NCBI GenBank assembly: GCA_965649765.1
Contig: OZ287750.1
Location: 51,336,001 to 51,400,000 of the forward strand
DNA: 64,000 nucleotides
Direction: 5' to 3'
Origin: Bispira polyomma
Lineage: Eukaryota
Part shown: positions 63,075 to 64,000 of the stretch, piece after piece
Position numbering within the stretch: the stretch's first letter is position 1
Layout of the letters: the number at the start of each line of letters is the position of its first letter
Translations under genes and position numbers: made by a program
The notes under the pieces: generated by a model
Database searches by the model: none
Told to the model about the DNA's origin: nothing
Seen by the model: the letters and a program-made list of their open reading frames with translations, nothing else

Positions 63075-63859
63075 TGTAAAAAGCCATTGACGTCTATTGA
63101 TTAGGAAATCAAAGGAATCGATTATTTAACTAAAATATAATAAAAGTACATGAAACCAATTTGGCAAATAACATTTTTATAATCTATTTACAAAATATTT
63201 TAATATCTGATCAAATTTAATGCAAAATTGTTGCAACTTGCATAGTTTACAATTTTACCGCCATATTGAGTGAATACTAACAACCAGACCAACCAAACTT
63301 ACCGGAACCTATTAATTTGCAGTGTTGTGTCCAGAAAACAATTCTTAAAGTTAAATATCGATTCTGAGTCCATGATCAGTCGGAAATATTTCGGATTAAT
63401 CAAACTGGTAAAATTGCCCAAGTCCCAATACTATCACAGATCTAGAGCTTGTACAATATTTAACAATTTGAGGGAAATATTGCTTTTTTAGCCTCAAAGT
63501 TGGTATGTTTTGCCATATTAACCCTATTTTAAACATACCTTTGATAAAATTTGGTACATTTTACTAATTCTTTCATTTGAGCATTTCTTAAATTTCATAT
63601 ATAACCAGTTTTAGATTCCCTTCCCTTCAACAACATTTATTGATCATAAACATGTTACAATGACCATTAGCTTTCTCAGTATCAATAATTGGTTGTAAAC
63701 AGACAGACAGTATAAATTTAAAATATAGTACAACTGTTTGAATCAGCTCATATCAATTTATAGAGAAAGTATATCAGTACTTTAGAGAATACATGATCAA
63801 TTCTTTGCTTTGTAAATCCTTCTACATTAAGTCTATGTGTAGAGTAGCTTAGAGCTGAC

Positions 63860-63953
63860 CTCATCAATCTCACACATGGTAATCTGCTTGACATCTGGGA
63901 TCTTGTCCAATTCTCTCACTACTCCACCGTCTCCGCCCCCAATCACTAAAAAC
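63860..63953 (-). CDS. SRM: SRM exon with the dcSAM-binding GGGDGG motif (94 nt; probable extra T)
   Basis: TGTGTAG acceptor; GTTTTTA then GTG ATT GGG GGC GGA GAC GGT = (VL)[29 protein letters not shown]; GTCAGC donor. Confidence 0.93.
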
Positions 63954-64000
63954 CTACACATACAACACATATAACCACCATATAAGTGACATATTTATAA

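Larger units (their letters stand above)
50326..63953 (-). pseudogene. SRM: Spermidine synthase gene, 3' part. This copy is apparently disrupted by a LINE in a coding exon and a probable +1 frameshift
   Basis: Six exons with GT-AG boundaries. The five joins I can check are in frame once the LINE is removed: [17 protein letters not shown] / [22 protein letters not shown] / PAVSLF..GGIICAQG / [24 protein letters not shown] / [26 protein letters not shown] / VLEDK*. Confidence 0.85.

Overview
AT-rich animal genomic DNA. It is probably from a lophotrochozoan or mollusc, inferred from the L2 LINEs, CORE/Meta-type SINEs and Helitron/Helentron-type repeats. The only recognisable host gene is the 3' part of spermidine synthase (SRM) on the minus strand. 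Its visible exons are 63860-63953, 62785-62938, 61572-61655, 60522-60648 plus 57199-57217 (one exon, split), 50770-50892 and 50326-50343; the 5' exons lie beyond the right edge. This SRM copy appears disrupted. A young, near-intact 3.3-kb L2 LINE is inserted inside a coding exon, and the first visible exon carries a probable +1 T. A 52-bp duplicate of the interrupted exon's 3' end preserves the pre-insertion junction nearby. The adjacent intron holds a 5.8-kb PIF/Harbinger transposon (DDE transposase and MADF-BESS pseudogenes) with a Helitron-like insert and a MITE nested inside it. Positions 1-50 kb are non-coding: L2 fragments, SINEs, MITEs, minisatellites, two degenerate type III hammerhead-like folds, GATA-rich patches and a few unconfirmed promoter/exon candidates. 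Almost all short ORFs in the supplied track are spurious.
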